The position numbers and the translations under genes are program-made. Below, in pieces: positions 18,395 to 29,356 of a stretch of 64,000 nucleotides of DNA. This stretch comes from Treponema sp. (GTDB lineage Bacteria > Spirochaetota > Spirochaetia > Treponematales > Breznakiellaceae). The notes below the pieces were generated by a model. That model did not search any database. It was given only the letters and a program-made list of their open reading frames with translations, and was not told the origin of the DNA. Every line of letters starts with the position of its first letter. The stretch's first letter is position 1. The DNA lies in contig JAITFY010000126.1 of NCBI GenBank assembly GCA_031281025.1, positions 856 to 64,855 of the forward strand, in the 5' to 3' direction.

Positions 18395-19558
18395 ATGTAC
18401 CATTTTGATGTTGAAAAAACACAGAACAAAAAAACAATACATCTCTTTTATTTAAGTATAATTTTATTATTGGGAACAGGTCTTGTAACTTTATATTCAG
18501 CATCATATTCGTTTTCTGTACGATTATTCAATAATGGCAATCATTTAATAAATAGACAGTTGATATTTGCTGCAATAGGAATAATAATGTTTTTCTTCTT
18601 TTCAAATATAAAACTGGAAGTATTAAGAAAATACTCATTATTAATTGTTTGTATTGCGGCATTCCTGTGCGGATTAACGTTTATTCCAGGTATTGGCGTT
18701 GAACGTTATGGCGCATCACGCTGGATAGAAATTTCCTCAATGACGTATCAGCCGTCGGAGTTTGTTAAGTTTGCGCTTCCGTTGTATTTGGCTCATATGC
18801 TGGATAAAAAACGCCTTAACCATGACAGTTTCCTAACCAGTGTTCTGCCGCCTGTTATTGTCACAAGTATTTTCTTTGGTATTATTAATTTTCAAAATAA
18901 TTTTTCTACGGCAGTTTTTATTGCATTTAATGCAATAATAATATTTTATCTTGCAGGAATGCGTTTGCGTTATTTTTCTTCGGCTATTGCAATGATTGTT
19001 CCCATATCTGCGCTTTTGGTTTTTACAAAAGAACACAGAGTAAGAAGACTGGTTAGCTTTTTAAGACCTCAATGGGAACCTCAAGGGGCTGGTTTTCAGG
19101 TAATGGCAAGCCGCGAAACAATTGTTTCAAGCGGTTTTTGGGGTTTGGGCATAGGAGAAGGAACGCGTAAAGTAGCAAGTGTTCCCGAAATCCATTCAGA
19201 TTTTATTTTTACCTCATACATCGAAGAAACAGGCTTTCTGGGAATAATTTTGTTTTTTATCCTTTTTACAGTTTTTGCATTCTTTGGATACAGAACTGCA
19301 TGGAAAAGTGATACGCTTTTTAAAAAACTGCTTGCTGCGGGATTAACAACCATAATTATTACGCAGGTGCTTCTTAATGTAGGTGTAGTTTCCGGCGCTC
19401 TTCCGGCTACGGGAATACCGCTTCCGTTTTTTTCTGCGGGAGGCTCTTCCCTTATTACCACCTTAATCTGTGCAGGGCTGATAATAAATGTTGCAAAGAG
19501 TAACCTTAAAACATCCAAAGGCAGTTGGGAGACTGATAGGGAGATTAATGATGAGTAA
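18395..19558 (+). CDS. ftsW: SEDS peptidoglycan glycosyltransferase FtsW
   Basis: GASRW, QPSEFVK, PEIHSDFIF and TGIPLPFFSAGGSS. dcw position. Confidence 0.92.
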   Translation: MYHFDVEKTQNKKTIHLFYLSIILLLGTGLVTLYSASYSFSVRLFNNGNHLINRQLIFAAIGIIMFFFFSNIKLEVLRKYSLLIVCIAAFLCGLTFIPGIGVERYGASRWIEISSMTYQPSEFVKFALPLYLAHMLDKKRLNHDSFLTSVLPPVIVTSIFFGIINFQNNFSTAVFIAFNAIIIFYLAGMRLRYFSSAIAMIVPISALLVFTKEHRVRRLVSFLRPQWEPQGAGFQVMASRETIVSSGFWGLGIGEGTRKVASVPEIHSDFIFTSYIEETGFLGIILFFILFTVFAFFGYRTAWKSDTLFKKLLAAGLTTIIITQVLLNVGVVSGALPATGIPLPFFSAGGSSLITTLICAGLIINVAKSNLKTSKGSWETDREINDE

Positions 19559-20372
19559 TTATTATTCACAAGCGGGATATGACGCATATCAGGAAATTGC
19601 AGCAAATAAATCTGCAAGAAGAATTGAAAAAGGTCTTAAAAAATTTTTAATTATTGCTGTTATAGTTTTAATTGCGCAGGTTATTTGGCTTTTTGGCATT
19701 AGTCCTTTTATTCCTTTTTCTACAATCGAAGTTCATGGATTTGACGGACTTAGCCGCACAGAAATTCTCTCTCTTTCTGGTATAAGTGACACTTCTTCTT
19801 TTATGTCTACAAATATTAATGAAATACAAAAGATGCTTGCCGCTCAGCCTTTGGTAGAATCGGCAATTGTAACAAAACGTTTTCCAGATAAATTGTCAAT
19901 TTTTCTTATTCCCAGACAGGCAGCCGCAGTAACGCTTGCAAATATAGGTTCAAGACAACTGCCTTTATTAATTGACAGAAACGGCGTGTTTTTTAAAATA
20001 GGGCAAGGCGAAGATGTTATGATAGCGGGTATTTCACTTCCGGTTATTTCGGGGATCGAAAACCCGGCATTAAATAGACGTTTGCCTGATGCGCTTGTTC
20101 CGCTCATGGTAAATTTGGAAAAAATCGCATCCGACTCTCCAGAATTGTTATCTGCAATTTCGGAAATAAAAATTGAACGTAAGACATGGGAAGGTTTTGA
20201 ACTGGTGCTTTTTCCGGTTCACAGTTCTATCAGGGTAAGGGTAGAAAATAATTTAACAGAAGATCTTCTAAGGTATATGCTGGTGATATTAAATGTGTTT
20301 GAAGCAGACAGCCAAAAACCTAAAGAAATAGATTTTAGATCGGGTATGGGATCATACACCATAAGAGGGTAA
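19548..20372 (+). CDS. ftsQ: Cell division protein FtsQ/DivIB
   Basis: TM segment, POTRA domain (KRFPDKLSI) and C-terminal IDFR. Lies between ftsW and ftsA. Start placed at the ATG after SD AGGGAG. Confidence 0.85.
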   Translation: MMSNYYSQAGYDAYQEIAANKSARRIEKGLKKFLIIAVIVLIAQVIWLFGISPFIPFSTIEVHGFDGLSRTEILSLSGISDTSSFMSTNINEIQKMLAAQPLVESAIVTKRFPDKLSIFLIPRQAAAVTLANIGSRQLPLLIDRNGVFFKIGQGEDVMIAGISLPVISGIENPALNRRLPDALVPLMVNLEKIASDSPELLSAISEIKIERKTWEGFELVLFPVHSSIRVRVENNLTEDLLRYMLVILNVFEADSQKPKEIDFRSGMGSYTIRG

Positions 20373-20377
20373 TTATT

Positions 20378-21640
20378 GTGAGTAACAGAATTATTACGTC
20401 ATTGGATATTGGCTCAACATTTGTTCGCGTCATTGTCTGCGAAGTAGATATAGACGGATGTTTAAAAATAATCGGCAGCGCAGAAAGGCCGTCCACAGGG
20501 CTTAGAAGAGGCGTTGTTGTAAATATCGAAGCTACTGTCCGGGCCATAAACTCAGTTGTAGAAGACGCTGAAATGATGAGCGGCCTTGATATTACAGATT
20601 GCTGGATTGGAATAGGAGGCAGCCATGTAACGGGGCTGAATTCACGCGGCGTAGTGGGTATTTCTGGTAAAAAGAAAAATACCAGAGACAGGGAGATTGG
20701 AGAAGAAGATATTGAACGTGTAATTGATGCTGCAAAAGCTATTGTGATACCAACCGATAAACAGATACTCGAAGTTATTCCGCAGCAGTTTAAGGTAGAC
20801 GATCAAAAGGGCATTAAAAATCCATTAGATATGATTGGTGTACGGCTTGAATCCGATGTTCATATAATTACATGTACTGTAACGGGCGCGCAGAATTTAA
20901 TTAAATGCGTAAATCGTGCAGGTTTAAGAGTTAATGAACTTATTCTTCAGACGCTCGCAGCGGGAAGCGCTGTTCTTACACCAGAAGAAATGGAACTGGG
21001 GGTTGTGTTAATCGACATAGGAGGAGGGACAACCGATATTCTTGTATATGTCGATGGTACTCCATATTCTACATATACGATACCTGCCGGCGGAACTCAG
21101 GTTACAAGTGATATTTCCATTTTAAAAAATATTTCTATAGAAAATGCCGAGAAAATTAAAATTGATAACGGCTGTTGCTGGGAAACAATGATGGATGTTA
21201 ATGAATCGGTTGTTATTCCAGGTGTTGGAGGAAGACCTCCGATAACCATTCCACGTTCTCAGATATTGACAATTGTTAAACCAAGAATGGAAGAAATATT
21301 TAACATGGTTAGTTATCATATTGATACGCTCAATCTTCCCCGTACTCTTGGCGGAGGAGTTGTAATAACAGGCGGCACAGCACAGTTGGCAGGAATTGTT
21401 GAGCTTGCAAATCATATTTTAAAATTACCGGCAAGATTGGGAAGTCCATTAAAAAAACCGGAAGTTTCCGGGTTTGTAGAGGAATACAGAACTCCTTCTT
21501 ATGCTACTGTAATTGGACTTGCGCTTGAAGGAGAAAGGAGATTAGGATCAGATACAAATGAACACGGCTCTGATTCGCAGCATAAAGAAAAAACCGGCTT
21601 TTTTAAAAGGATTAAAAATTTATTTAAGGAATTTACTTGA
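20378..21640 (+). CDS. ftsA: Cell division protein FtsA
   Basis: LDIGS, DIGGGTTD, GGVVITGG and YATVIGL. Confidence 0.97.
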   Translation: MSNRIITSLDIGSTFVRVIVCEVDIDGCLKIIGSAERPSTGLRRGVVVNIEATVRAINSVVEDAEMMSGLDITDCWIGIGGSHVTGLNSRGVVGISGKKKNTRDREIGEEDIERVIDAAKAIVIPTDKQILEVIPQQFKVDDQKGIKNPLDMIGVRLESDVHIITCTVTGAQNLIKCVNRAGLRVNELILQTLAAGSAVLTPEEMELGVVLIDIGGGTTDILVYVDGTPYSTYTIPAGGTQVTSDISILKNISIENAEKIKIDNGCCWETMMDVNESVVIPGVGGRPPITIPRSQILTIVKPRMEEIFNMVSYHIDTLNLPRTLGGGVVITGGTAQLAGIVELANHILKLPARLGSPLKKPEVSGFVEEYRTPSYATVIGLALEGERRLGSDTNEHGSDSQHKEKTGFFKRIKNLFKEFT

Positions 21641-21691
21641 TAGATTGCTTTAGCAAATATCATTTAAATATATATTTGGAGGAGGGGAAAA

Positions 21692-23035
21692 ATGAATGTT
21701 TTAGCGGTTCGTGAACTTTCGGATTTTTCGAAAGTACAACCACAAGTTTTGCAATTTAAGCCGCAGGAAGTGTCTTTAAAGACGCCACTGAGAGCTGTTG
21801 CAGTTAATGAAAAGGAGAATTTCATTGAACAGTATTCGAAAAATCGTAACTCGAAGTATAATTTCTCTAATGGAGCTGTTCCGGCTGTAATAAAAGTTGT
21901 ATCAGCAGGCGGGGGTGGAGCTAATGCAGTAAACCGCATGATCAGTTCTGGAATGCCTGGAGTTGAGTTTATAGCTGTGAATACTGATATTCAGGATCTT
22001 TATATTAAAAGTTTAGCTGAAACAAAAGTACAAATCGGTGAAAAAATTACAGGCGGCTGGGGCGCTGGCAGTAATCCAGAAGTAGGAGAGAAAGCCGCTA
22101 TCGAAGACAGGGAAGCTATTTCGGAAGTGCTTAAAGGCGCTGATATGGTTTTTATAACTGCCGGAATGGGCGGCGGCACCGGAACAGGTTCTGCTCCTGT
22201 TATTGCAAAAATCGCAATGGAGCAAAATGCCCTTACTGTTGCTGTGGTTACTACTCCGTTTGATTTTGAAGCGGAATTTAAAATGAAGCAGGCCAAAGAA
22301 GGAATAGCAAAGTTAAAAGAAGTTGTTGATACCATAATAATTATTCCAAACCAGCATCTGTTCAAAGTAATTGATAATAAAACTCCGTATGACAAGGCAT
22401 ATCATAAAGCAGATGAAGTTCTGTGCCGCGCTGTGCAGGGTATTTCTGAGTGTATTACCAAAACAGGTTTTTTAAATACCGATTTTGCTGATGTTAAAAC
22501 CATTATGAAAGGCAGAGGGGATGCATTAATGGGGATAGGTCTTGGGTCAGGAGAAGACCGGGCAATGGATGCTGTAAAAGAAGCGATCGATAATCCGCTG
22601 CTTGAAGATTCCAGCATAGACGGAGCAAAAGGGGTTTTAATAAATATTACAGGACCAGAAGATATGACTCTTGTAGAAATAAATAATATTATAAAATCCA
22701 TTAAAGATAAATGTGATCCGGAAGTTAATCTGATTCATGGTGTTAGAAAAGATCCAGAGTTTAATAACTGTATTCAGGTAACGGTAATTGCCACTGGTTT
22801 TAAAAGCGATAAATTGCTGCAGCTCCCCCCAGTAACAGATAGATCTTTGGATGGGGAATATATCGACTTAAATGAATATGTAATGAACTTAGAAAGAAAG
22901 AAAAAAGTTGATCCTTTTCCATTTTTGCCGCAAAGGGGAGAATACCGGGACGATTTGGATATTCCGCCGGTGATAAGAAAATACAACTTAAAGACAGAAG
23001 ATATTCCAGTTATGGAATTGGCTGCTACTGTTTAA
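21692..23035 (+). CDS. ftsZ: Cell division GTPase FtsZ with a long N-terminal extension
   Basis: GGGGANAVNRM, GMGGGTGTG, DFADV, VTVIATG and C-terminal LDIPP core. SD GGAGG precedes 21692. Confidence 0.97.
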   Translation: MNVLAVRELSDFSKVQPQVLQFKPQEVSLKTPLRAVAVNEKENFIEQYSKNRNSKYNFSNGAVPAVIKVVSAGGGGANAVNRMISSGMPGVEFIAVNTDIQDLYIKSLAETKVQIGEKITGGWGAGSNPEVGEKAAIEDREAISEVLKGADMVFITAGMGGGTGTGSAPVIAKIAMEQNALTVAVVTTPFDFEAEFKMKQAKEGIAKLKEVVDTIIIIPNQHLFKVIDNKTPYDKAYHKADEVLCRAVQGISECITKTGFLNTDFADVKTIMKGRGDALMGIGLGSGEDRAMDAVKEAIDNPLLEDSSIDGAKGVLINITGPEDMTLVEINNIIKSIKDKCDPEVNLIHGVRKDPEFNNCIQVTVIATGFKSDKLLQLPPVTDRSLDGEYIDLNEYVMNLERKKKVDPFPFLPQRGEYRDDLDIPPVIRKYNLKTEDIPVMELAATV

Positions 23036-23049
23036 ATGGAGATAAACAT

Positions 23050-23955
23050 TTGAAAAATAATGAAACGGCGCTGTTAAAAAGATACTGTTCCCGGCTTGTT
23101 GCAATTGAAAGGCGCTCTGTGTTAACAAAAGAATGTTATCGTTTTGAAATTGACCGTTTCTTAATTTTTCTTAAAGAGAAAAACATTCCTCTGTCCAAAA
23201 CCAATATAACTGTTCTTGGTGATTATCTTGTTAAACGAAGCAATATCGATAATTGTGACTCCCGTACTATTGCAAAAATTATTTCAGCATTAAGATCGTT
23301 TTTTAGATTTGCAATGGATGAAAAACTCGTTGACTATAATCCTGCTTTGGTTCTTGACACTCCAAAACGTAAATCATATCTTCCCGATGTACTGGATAAA
23401 GATACTATTGAAAAACTTTTGGATTTGATAGATACAAAAACAAGTTTGGGGTGTCGTGACAGGTGTTTATTCGAGCTTATCTATTCGGCAGGATTGCGTG
23501 TTTCAGAAGCGGTTAAATTGAATCTTACGGATATCGATTTAAAATCCGGGATTGCTGTAGTCAAAGGAAAAGGAGACAAAGAACGAATTACGCTGTTTGG
23601 CAGGGAAGCAGCTTTACAATTAAGGTTATATCTTGATTTTGGGCGTCCTCAATTGTCGGGAAGCGTAAATAAGAGCCCTGCGCTTTTTATCGGCAGAAGC
23701 GGGAAGCGGTTATCAAGAAAGGGAATCTGGAAAAATTATGCCAAATACGCCTGTGCTGCCGGTGTTTCTTCGCATCTTCACACATTACGGCATAGTTTTG
23801 CGACATCTCTTTTATCAGGAGGGGCTGATTTAAGAACCGTTCAGGAATTATTGGGACACGCCGATCTTTCTACAACACAAATTTATACGCATGTAGAAAG
23901 GCGCGCGCTAAAGGAAAGCCATCGTCGTTTTTTGCCAAGGCTTAAAGAGGTATAA
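23050..23955 (+). CDS. xerD: Tyrosine recombinase, XerD type
   Basis: GLRVSE, GKGDKER, HTLRHSFAT and LLGHADLSTTQIYTHV. Confidence 0.85.
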   Translation: MKNNETALLKRYCSRLVAIERRSVLTKECYRFEIDRFLIFLKEKNIPLSKTNITVLGDYLVKRSNIDNCDSRTIAKIISALRSFFRFAMDEKLVDYNPALVLDTPKRKSYLPDVLDKDTIEKLLDLIDTKTSLGCRDRCLFELIYSAGLRVSEAVKLNLTDIDLKSGIAVVKGKGDKERITLFGREAALQLRLYLDFGRPQLSGSVNKSPALFIGRSGKRLSRKGIWKNYAKYACAAGVSSHLHTLRHSFATSLLSGGADLRTVQELLGHADLSTTQIYTHVERRALKESHRRFLPRLKEV

Positions 23956-23956
23956 A

Positions 23957-24730
23957 ATGAAAAGTAAAAGTAAAAGTACAATTAAAAAAATAAAGGATTT
24001 TTTTGTTGCAATTATAATTCTATTCTTGGTTGGTATGCTGATATATTATTTATATAATCGTACAGCTTCAAGAAGCAGCAGGGAATTAACCAGACAAATG
24101 GCCGAAATAAGTCCGCGCGGAGGTCCGCCAGAAACAATCGAAGGTTTAAGGCAGGCAATTGTGTTATATGAAGAACAGATTGAACGCCATGTAAGAGAAG
24201 CTGCACAAACTGGAGTGTACTGGAAAATTTTAGGCACAAGACTTGCAGACAGGAATATGCACAATCATGCGCTGGAGGCCTTTGAAAAGGCAATTTATTA
24301 TAATACAAATGATGCTTCCCTTTACTATATGGCCGGTATTTCCGCAGGGTATGTGGCAAAATCCATAGTTGATTCTTCTGTTAGCGCAGAAATGGAAAGG
24401 GATCGCCTTTTCCAGTATGCCGAAAATTCCCATTTACGCGCTTTGGAACTGGATAATACCTATACTCAGCCTATGTACGCACTGGGTGTATTGTATGCTT
24501 TTGAACTTGATAACCCGGATGATGCCATAGATCAACTGGAGCGTTATATGCAAATACGTCCTTCTGATATTCATCCGTTGTTTGTTCTTGCAAGAGCATA
24601 TTTTATGAAAGAAAATTTGCTAAAAACAATTGAACTTTATGACACAATAATAGACCGCACAAGGGATCAGAATGTAAGACGGGAAGCTCAGGAGTTAAGA
24701 GACATGGTTCAGGGGATTAGATATGAATAA
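23957..24730 (+). CDS. Membrane-anchored TPR protein
   Basis: N-terminal TM segment and several TPR helices (ALEAFEKAI, ALGVLY, LARAY). Confidence 0.8.
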   Translation: MKSKSKSTIKKIKDFFVAIIILFLVGMLIYYLYNRTASRSSRELTRQMAEISPRGGPPETIEGLRQAIVLYEEQIERHVREAAQTGVYWKILGTRLADRNMHNHALEAFEKAIYYNTNDASLYYMAGISAGYVAKSIVDSSVSAEMERDRLFQYAENSHLRALELDNTYTQPMYALGVLYAFELDNPDDAIDQLERYMQIRPSDIHPLFVLARAYFMKENLLKTIELYDTIIDRTRDQNVRREAQELRDMVQGIRYE

Positions 24731-25709
24731 ATTGCCGTTTACAGAACGTGGTTTACTGGATTTGGTTATTTCCCTTTTACCCGATATTAAACTTACAGAA
24801 AAAATAACATTACTGAATAAATTTGAAAGTCTTGACCATTTGTTTGTACAATCCAAAAGAGATATCGAAATAATTTTAAACCGTCAATTAATAAGATTTT
24901 GGGATATAACAGAAATACGGGATAGAGCAGACCGTATTGACACAATTTGCAGAATGAGGTTTATTAATTGGGTATCGTGGAATGATGTTTTATATCCTCC
25001 GCTGTTGCGGGAGATATTCGATCCGCCTTCTGTTATTTTTTACAGGGGAAAACTTCCAAATCCAGAAAAATCACTTTTGGGAATTGTTGGAACCAGAAAT
25101 CCAAGTCCCGAAGCGGCGGAGCAAGTCTATAAAATTGCAGGAAACCTTTCCAGATTGGGCTTTTCGGTTGTTTCCGGGCTTGCACTTGGAATTGATGCAA
25201 TGGCGCATAGAGGAAACCTTGTAGGAAGCGCTCCGGCTTATGCAGTATTAGGATCGGGAATTGACGAAGTTTATCCTTCGTCGAACAAACCTTTGGCAAA
25301 ACGGATACTGGATTCGGATGGTGCAATAATTTCCGAGTATCCTCCGGGTGTAAAACCGGCTAAATGGACTTTTCCGGCCAGGAACAGGATAATTGCCGGG
25401 CTTTCCCGCAGTGTGGTAATTTCTGAGGCGCCTTTTAAATCCGGTGCTTTAATTACAGCAGCTTTTGCGCTTGAACAGGGAAGAGATTTGTGGGTAACAT
25501 CCGAAGGATTGAGTGATTCTTCAAAAGCATCCAGGTTTGACAAACGTGGTACCGAAAAACTGGTAAGTGATGGAGCGGAAATAATTTATTCTGCGTCCGA
25601 TGTTTTGGAAAAATGGAATATAACAAAAGAAAAAACGTGGGCAGACTCACCGCTGTGCCACAGGGAATTAATCTCTTCCATGGCGGATTTTCTAAAAATT
25701 GATATTTAA
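24723..25709 (+). CDS. dprA: DNA-processing protein DprA/Smf
   Basis: YPPLLREIFDPP, IVGTR, VSGLALGID, FPARNRIIAGLS and SGALITA. Confidence 0.95.
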   Translation: MNKLPFTERGLLDLVISLLPDIKLTEKITLLNKFESLDHLFVQSKRDIEIILNRQLIRFWDITEIRDRADRIDTICRMRFINWVSWNDVLYPPLLREIFDPPSVIFYRGKLPNPEKSLLGIVGTRNPSPEAAEQVYKIAGNLSRLGFSVVSGLALGIDAMAHRGNLVGSAPAYAVLGSGIDEVYPSSNKPLAKRILDSDGAIISEYPPGVKPAKWTFPARNRIIAGLSRSVVISEAPFKSGALITAAFALEQGRDLWVTSEGLSDSSKASRFDKRGTEKLVSDGAEIIYSASDVLEKWNITKEKTWADSPLCHRELISSMADFLKIDI

Positions 25710-25718
25710 GGACATGGT

Positions 25719-27878
25719 ATGACAACAGAAAGTACAGAAAAAAAGGGAAAGAAAAAATTGAGCAAAAAAAGCAAACAGGAAAAACAAATTCTTGTAATTG
25801 TTGAATCTCCCGGAAAAGTAAAAACCATAGAAAAATATCTGGGAAACTCCTACAATGTTAAAGCTTCGATGGGTCATCTGATAGACCTTCCAAAATCAAG
25901 AACCGCAATAGATGTGGAGCATGACTTTGAACCTGAATATATAACAGTGCGCGGCCGTGCAAAGATACTAAAGGAATTGCAAAGCTGTGCAAAAAAATCC
26001 GGCAAGGTTTTACTTGCCTGTGATAATGACCGCGAAGGCGAAGCAATTGCCTGGCATTTACGCAATGCCATTAATACCAAAACAAAAGATGTTCCAATAG
26101 AGCGTATTAGTTTTAACGAGATAACTCCGCAGGCTGTAAATGATGCAGTTTTAAGCCCTAGAAATATTGATGAAACAAAAGTTGCGGCGCAAAAAGCCCG
26201 CAGGGTTTTAGACAGGCTTGTTGGATACCATCTTTCTCCGTTATTGTGGAAAAAAGTAAAAAATGGTCTTTCCGCAGGCCGTGTACAGTCTGTTGCATTG
26301 CGCCTAATTTGTGAACGGGAAAAAGAAGTAGAAAGTTTTATACCAGATGAATACTGGACGCTTGAAGCAGACTTTCAAACTGGAAAAACAACATGTTCTT
26401 CACAGCTTGTACTTTGGAATAACAGTAAACCAGAATTAAAAAAAGAAGCCGATGTTAAGGCATTAATCGAAAAAATTCAAGATAAAGAATGTAAGGTTTC
26501 AGATATTCGTGAAACAGAAAAAGTAATCCGTCCCAAGCCGCCTTTTACAACTTCGCAATTACAGCAAACTGCAGCAAATCGTCTTGGTTTCACATCACGC
26601 AAGACAATGCAGGTTGCGCAGCAACTCTATGAAGGTGTAAATATCGGCTCTTCAATGGTGGGTCTTATAACCTATATGCGTACAGACAGTGTCCGTATTT
26701 CAAATACCGCACTGGAAGAAGTACGTTATTGGCTGAGTAAAAACTATCCTAATGAATTACCGGAAAAACCTGTAGAGTATACTGTTGGTAAAAAAGCTCA
26801 AGATGCTCATGAAGCCATAAGACCTACATACACTGAGTATTCCCCCGATTCTATAAAAGAATATCTTTCAAAAGATCAACTTCGTCTTTATTCAATTATT
26901 TGGGAACGTTTTGTTTCAAGTCAGATGAACAATGCAAAAAGTAAAACTGTCAGTGTAGATGTCAAGATAGCTGCAGGCGAAGACGAAGCTGTTTTTAGAA
27001 TCAGCGGAACTAAACTTATAGAGAAAGGTTTTTATAAAGTAATAAAACTTCTTTCTTCCAAAGACGAAAATAAAGGTTATTATCCTTCATTTAAAATTGG
27101 TGATGTATTAATTGCAGAAAAATTCAGGAGCGAACAGCATTTTACACAGGGTCCGGCACGTTTCACAGACGCTTCCATTGTACGCACTCTGGAAGAAAAG
27201 GGAATTGGCAGGCCGTCAACTTATGCTTCCATTATTTCTGTTTTGTTGGACCGGTATTATGTTACACGTTCAAATAAACAGCTGGTTCCTACTGTTTTGG
27301 GTAAGTTAATAAGCGAAGTTCTTGTTGAACATTTTGAACTTTATGTAGATGTTGATTTTACTGCATCGATGGAAAATAAACTGGATGAAGTAGAAGAAAA
27401 TAAAATTAGCTGGCCGGAAATGATCAGGGAATTCTGGTTTCCATTTAAGGCAATGGTAGATGAGGTTGCAAAATCAACTGAATCTTACAAGGGCACGTTG
27501 GATGAAATGACTGAACATGTCTGCGAAAAATGCGGAAAACCATTGATGAAAAAATTGGGGCGTTTTGGTTTTTTTCTGGCATGCAGCGGTTTTCCGGAAT
27601 GCCGTACTACCAAATCAATACCGCTTGCAAAATGCCCTAAATGTCAGGGTGATGTAGTTGCAAGAAAAACAAAAGGCAGAAGCAAGGAATTTTATGGTTG
27701 TGTAAAATATCCAGAATGTGATTTTATATGCCACTTTAAACCATTAAACCAGGATTGTCCAAAATGCGGATATTTCCTGGTAGAAAAATACGACAAAAAA
27801 AATGGCGCCCAAAAATTGTGCATAAATTCAGATTGTGATTATCTTCATATTACACAGGAGGAATCAGTTGACTCTTGA
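25719..27878 (+). CDS. topA: DNA topoisomerase I
   Basis: IVESPGK, DNDREGEAIAWH, SAGRVQS, ITYMRTD and C-terminal Zn ribbons. Confidence 0.97.
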   Translation: MTTESTEKKGKKKLSKKSKQEKQILVIVESPGKVKTIEKYLGNSYNVKASMGHLIDLPKSRTAIDVEHDFEPEYITVRGRAKILKELQSCAKKSGKVLLACDNDREGEAIAWHLRNAINTKTKDVPIERISFNEITPQAVNDAVLSPRNIDETKVAAQKARRVLDRLVGYHLSPLLWKKVKNGLSAGRVQSVALRLICEREKEVESFIPDEYWTLEADFQTGKTTCSSQLVLWNNSKPELKKEADVKALIEKIQDKECKVSDIRETEKVIRPKPPFTTSQLQQTAANRLGFTSRKTMQVAQQLYEGVNIGSSMVGLITYMRTDSVRISNTALEEVRYWLSKNYPNELPEKPVEYTVGKKAQDAHEAIRPTYTEYSPDSIKEYLSKDQLRLYSIIWERFVSSQMNNAKSKTVSVDVKIAAGEDEAVFRISGTKLIEKGFYKVIKLLSSKDENKGYYPSFKIGDVLIAEKFRSEQHFTQGPARFTDASIVRTLEEKGIGRPSTYASIISVLLDRYYVTRSNKQLVPTVLGKLISEVLVEHFELYVDVDFTASMENKLDEVEENKISWPEMIREFWFPFKAMVDEVAKSTESYKGTLDEMTEHVCEKCGKPLMKKLGRFGFFLACSGFPECRTTKSIPLAKCPKCQGDVVARKTKGRSKEFYGCVKYPECDFICHFKPLNQDCPKCGYFLVEKYDKKNGAQKLCINSDCDYLHITQEESVDS

Positions 27879-28779
27879 TAATCCCGGATTAAATCTGATA
27901 CAGGAATATCTCTCGTATATTAAAGCTGTTAAGGGCTGTAGTGATAGGACTATAGAAGCCTACCAAAACGACCTTTGCCGTTTTGCAAACTATTGTGCCA
28001 ATCATGGAATCTATATGGAAAATGCAGTTCCTTACGAGGTACAGAGTTTTATTGCAGATTTATCGGCGGAAAATATGGCGGCTGTAAGCGTTAATAGATG
28101 TCTTTCTTCGATAAGAGGGTTTTACCGCTGGATGGTTCTCTTTAACAAACGCGAAGATAACCCCTGTTGTTCATTACGCAATGTTAAAACGCCTGTAAAG
28201 CTTCCTTTGGTTTTATGGGAAAAAGAAATGGCGGAATTTGCTTCGCTTCCGCAAACTTCTGGTATTCTCTGGCCGCAAAGGGATAAAGCCCTGATTTTAA
28301 CAATGTATTCGGCTGGTTTGCGAATTTCAGAAGCTGCATCGCTTGGTTTGGCAAATATTTCGGAAAGTTTAGACGAAGCCAAAATAACCGGAAAGGGAGG
28401 AAAACAACGTTATGTGTTTTTTTCTGAAGAAACAAAAGAAGCATTAACCGAATATCTTCCGTATCGGGCACAACGGCTTAGAACAATGGGAATCAAGCTT
28501 TCAAGTCTTTTTATTAACAAAAAAGGACGTGCGCTTTCGGTTTCTGGAATTAGATGGATAATACAAAGTTATGCAAGGCTTTGTGGGACAGGGAAACATA
28601 TACATCCTCATATTTTACGTCATAGTTTTGCAACTCATATGGTAAATTCAGGCTGCGATGTCCGGCTGGTTCAGGAAATGCTTGGACATTCAAGCCTTTC
28701 CACTACTCAGCGTTATACGCATATAAATATAGAAAACCTGAAAAGGGTTTATGCGGCGAGTCACCCGCATGCGAAATAA
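27868..28779 (+). CDS. xerC: Tyrosine recombinase, XerC type
   Basis: [25 protein letters not shown] and [17 protein letters not shown] start after SD AGGAGG. topA-xerC-hslVU context. Confidence 0.85.
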   Translation: MTLDNPGLNLIQEYLSYIKAVKGCSDRTIEAYQNDLCRFANYCANHGIYMENAVPYEVQSFIADLSAENMAAVSVNRCLSSIRGFYRWMVLFNKREDNPCCSLRNVKTPVKLPLVLWEKEMAEFASLPQTSGILWPQRDKALILTMYSAGLRISEAASLGLANISESLDEAKITGKGGKQRYVFFSEETKEALTEYLPYRAQRLRTMGIKLSSLFINKKGRALSVSGIRWIIQSYARLCGTGKHIHPHILRHSFATHMVNSGCDVRLVQEMLGHSSLSTTQRYTHINIENLKRVYAASHPHAK

Positions 28780-28792
28780 TTGGGAGTTTTGT

Positions 28793-29335
28793 ATGAAAGA
28801 CAGAGAACAGATTCATTCTACTACTGTAATTGCGGTTAGGAAGGATGGGAAGGTTGCCATGGCAGGAGACGGTCAGGTGACCATGGGAAATACGGTTATG
28901 AAGAATAATGCACGCAAAGTACGCCGCCTTATGGATGGTAAAGTTCTTTGTGGTTTTGCAGGGGCAACTGCAGATGCATTTACCCTTTTTGACCGGTTTG
29001 AAGGAAAACTAAAAGAGTATTCAGGCGATTTACTAAGATCGGCTGTTGAATTGGCAAAAGACTGGCGTTTGGATCGCACTTTAAGACGGCTCGAAGCGCT
29101 TTTGCTGGTTGCAGATGCTTCAAAAACTCTTTTGATTTCCGGTACGGGAGACGTAATTGAACCAGCGGAAAATGCGCTTGCAATAGGCTCTGGCGGCAAC
29201 TATGCGTTTGCTGCCGCTCTTGCCTTTCTGGAAGGAAGCGAATTTTCTGCGGCGCAAATAGCGGAAAAAAGTTTACAAATTGCCGGCAATATCTGTATTT
29301 ATACAAATATGCAAATAACGTTAGAAGAACTTTAA
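28793..29335 (+). CDS. hslV: ATP-dependent protease subunit HslV
   Basis: HSTTV (N-terminal Thr nucleophile), [15 protein letters not shown] and AIGSGG. Confidence 0.97.
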   Translation: MKDREQIHSTTVIAVRKDGKVAMAGDGQVTMGNTVMKNNARKVRRLMDGKVLCGFAGATADAFTLFDRFEGKLKEYSGDLLRSAVELAKDWRLDRTLRRLEALLLVADASKTLLISGTGDVIEPAENALAIGSGGNYAFAAALAFLEGSEFSAAQIAEKSLQIAGNICIYTNMQITLEEL

Positions 29336-29356
29336 TTATAATGCGAGGTTATTAAA

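Noticed and set aside
23050-28779. Two tyrosine recombinases flanking TPR-dprA-topA as a mobile or invertible element
   Set aside because: These are housekeeping XerD/XerC genes in the gene order known from Treponema. No att sites or cargo were seen.
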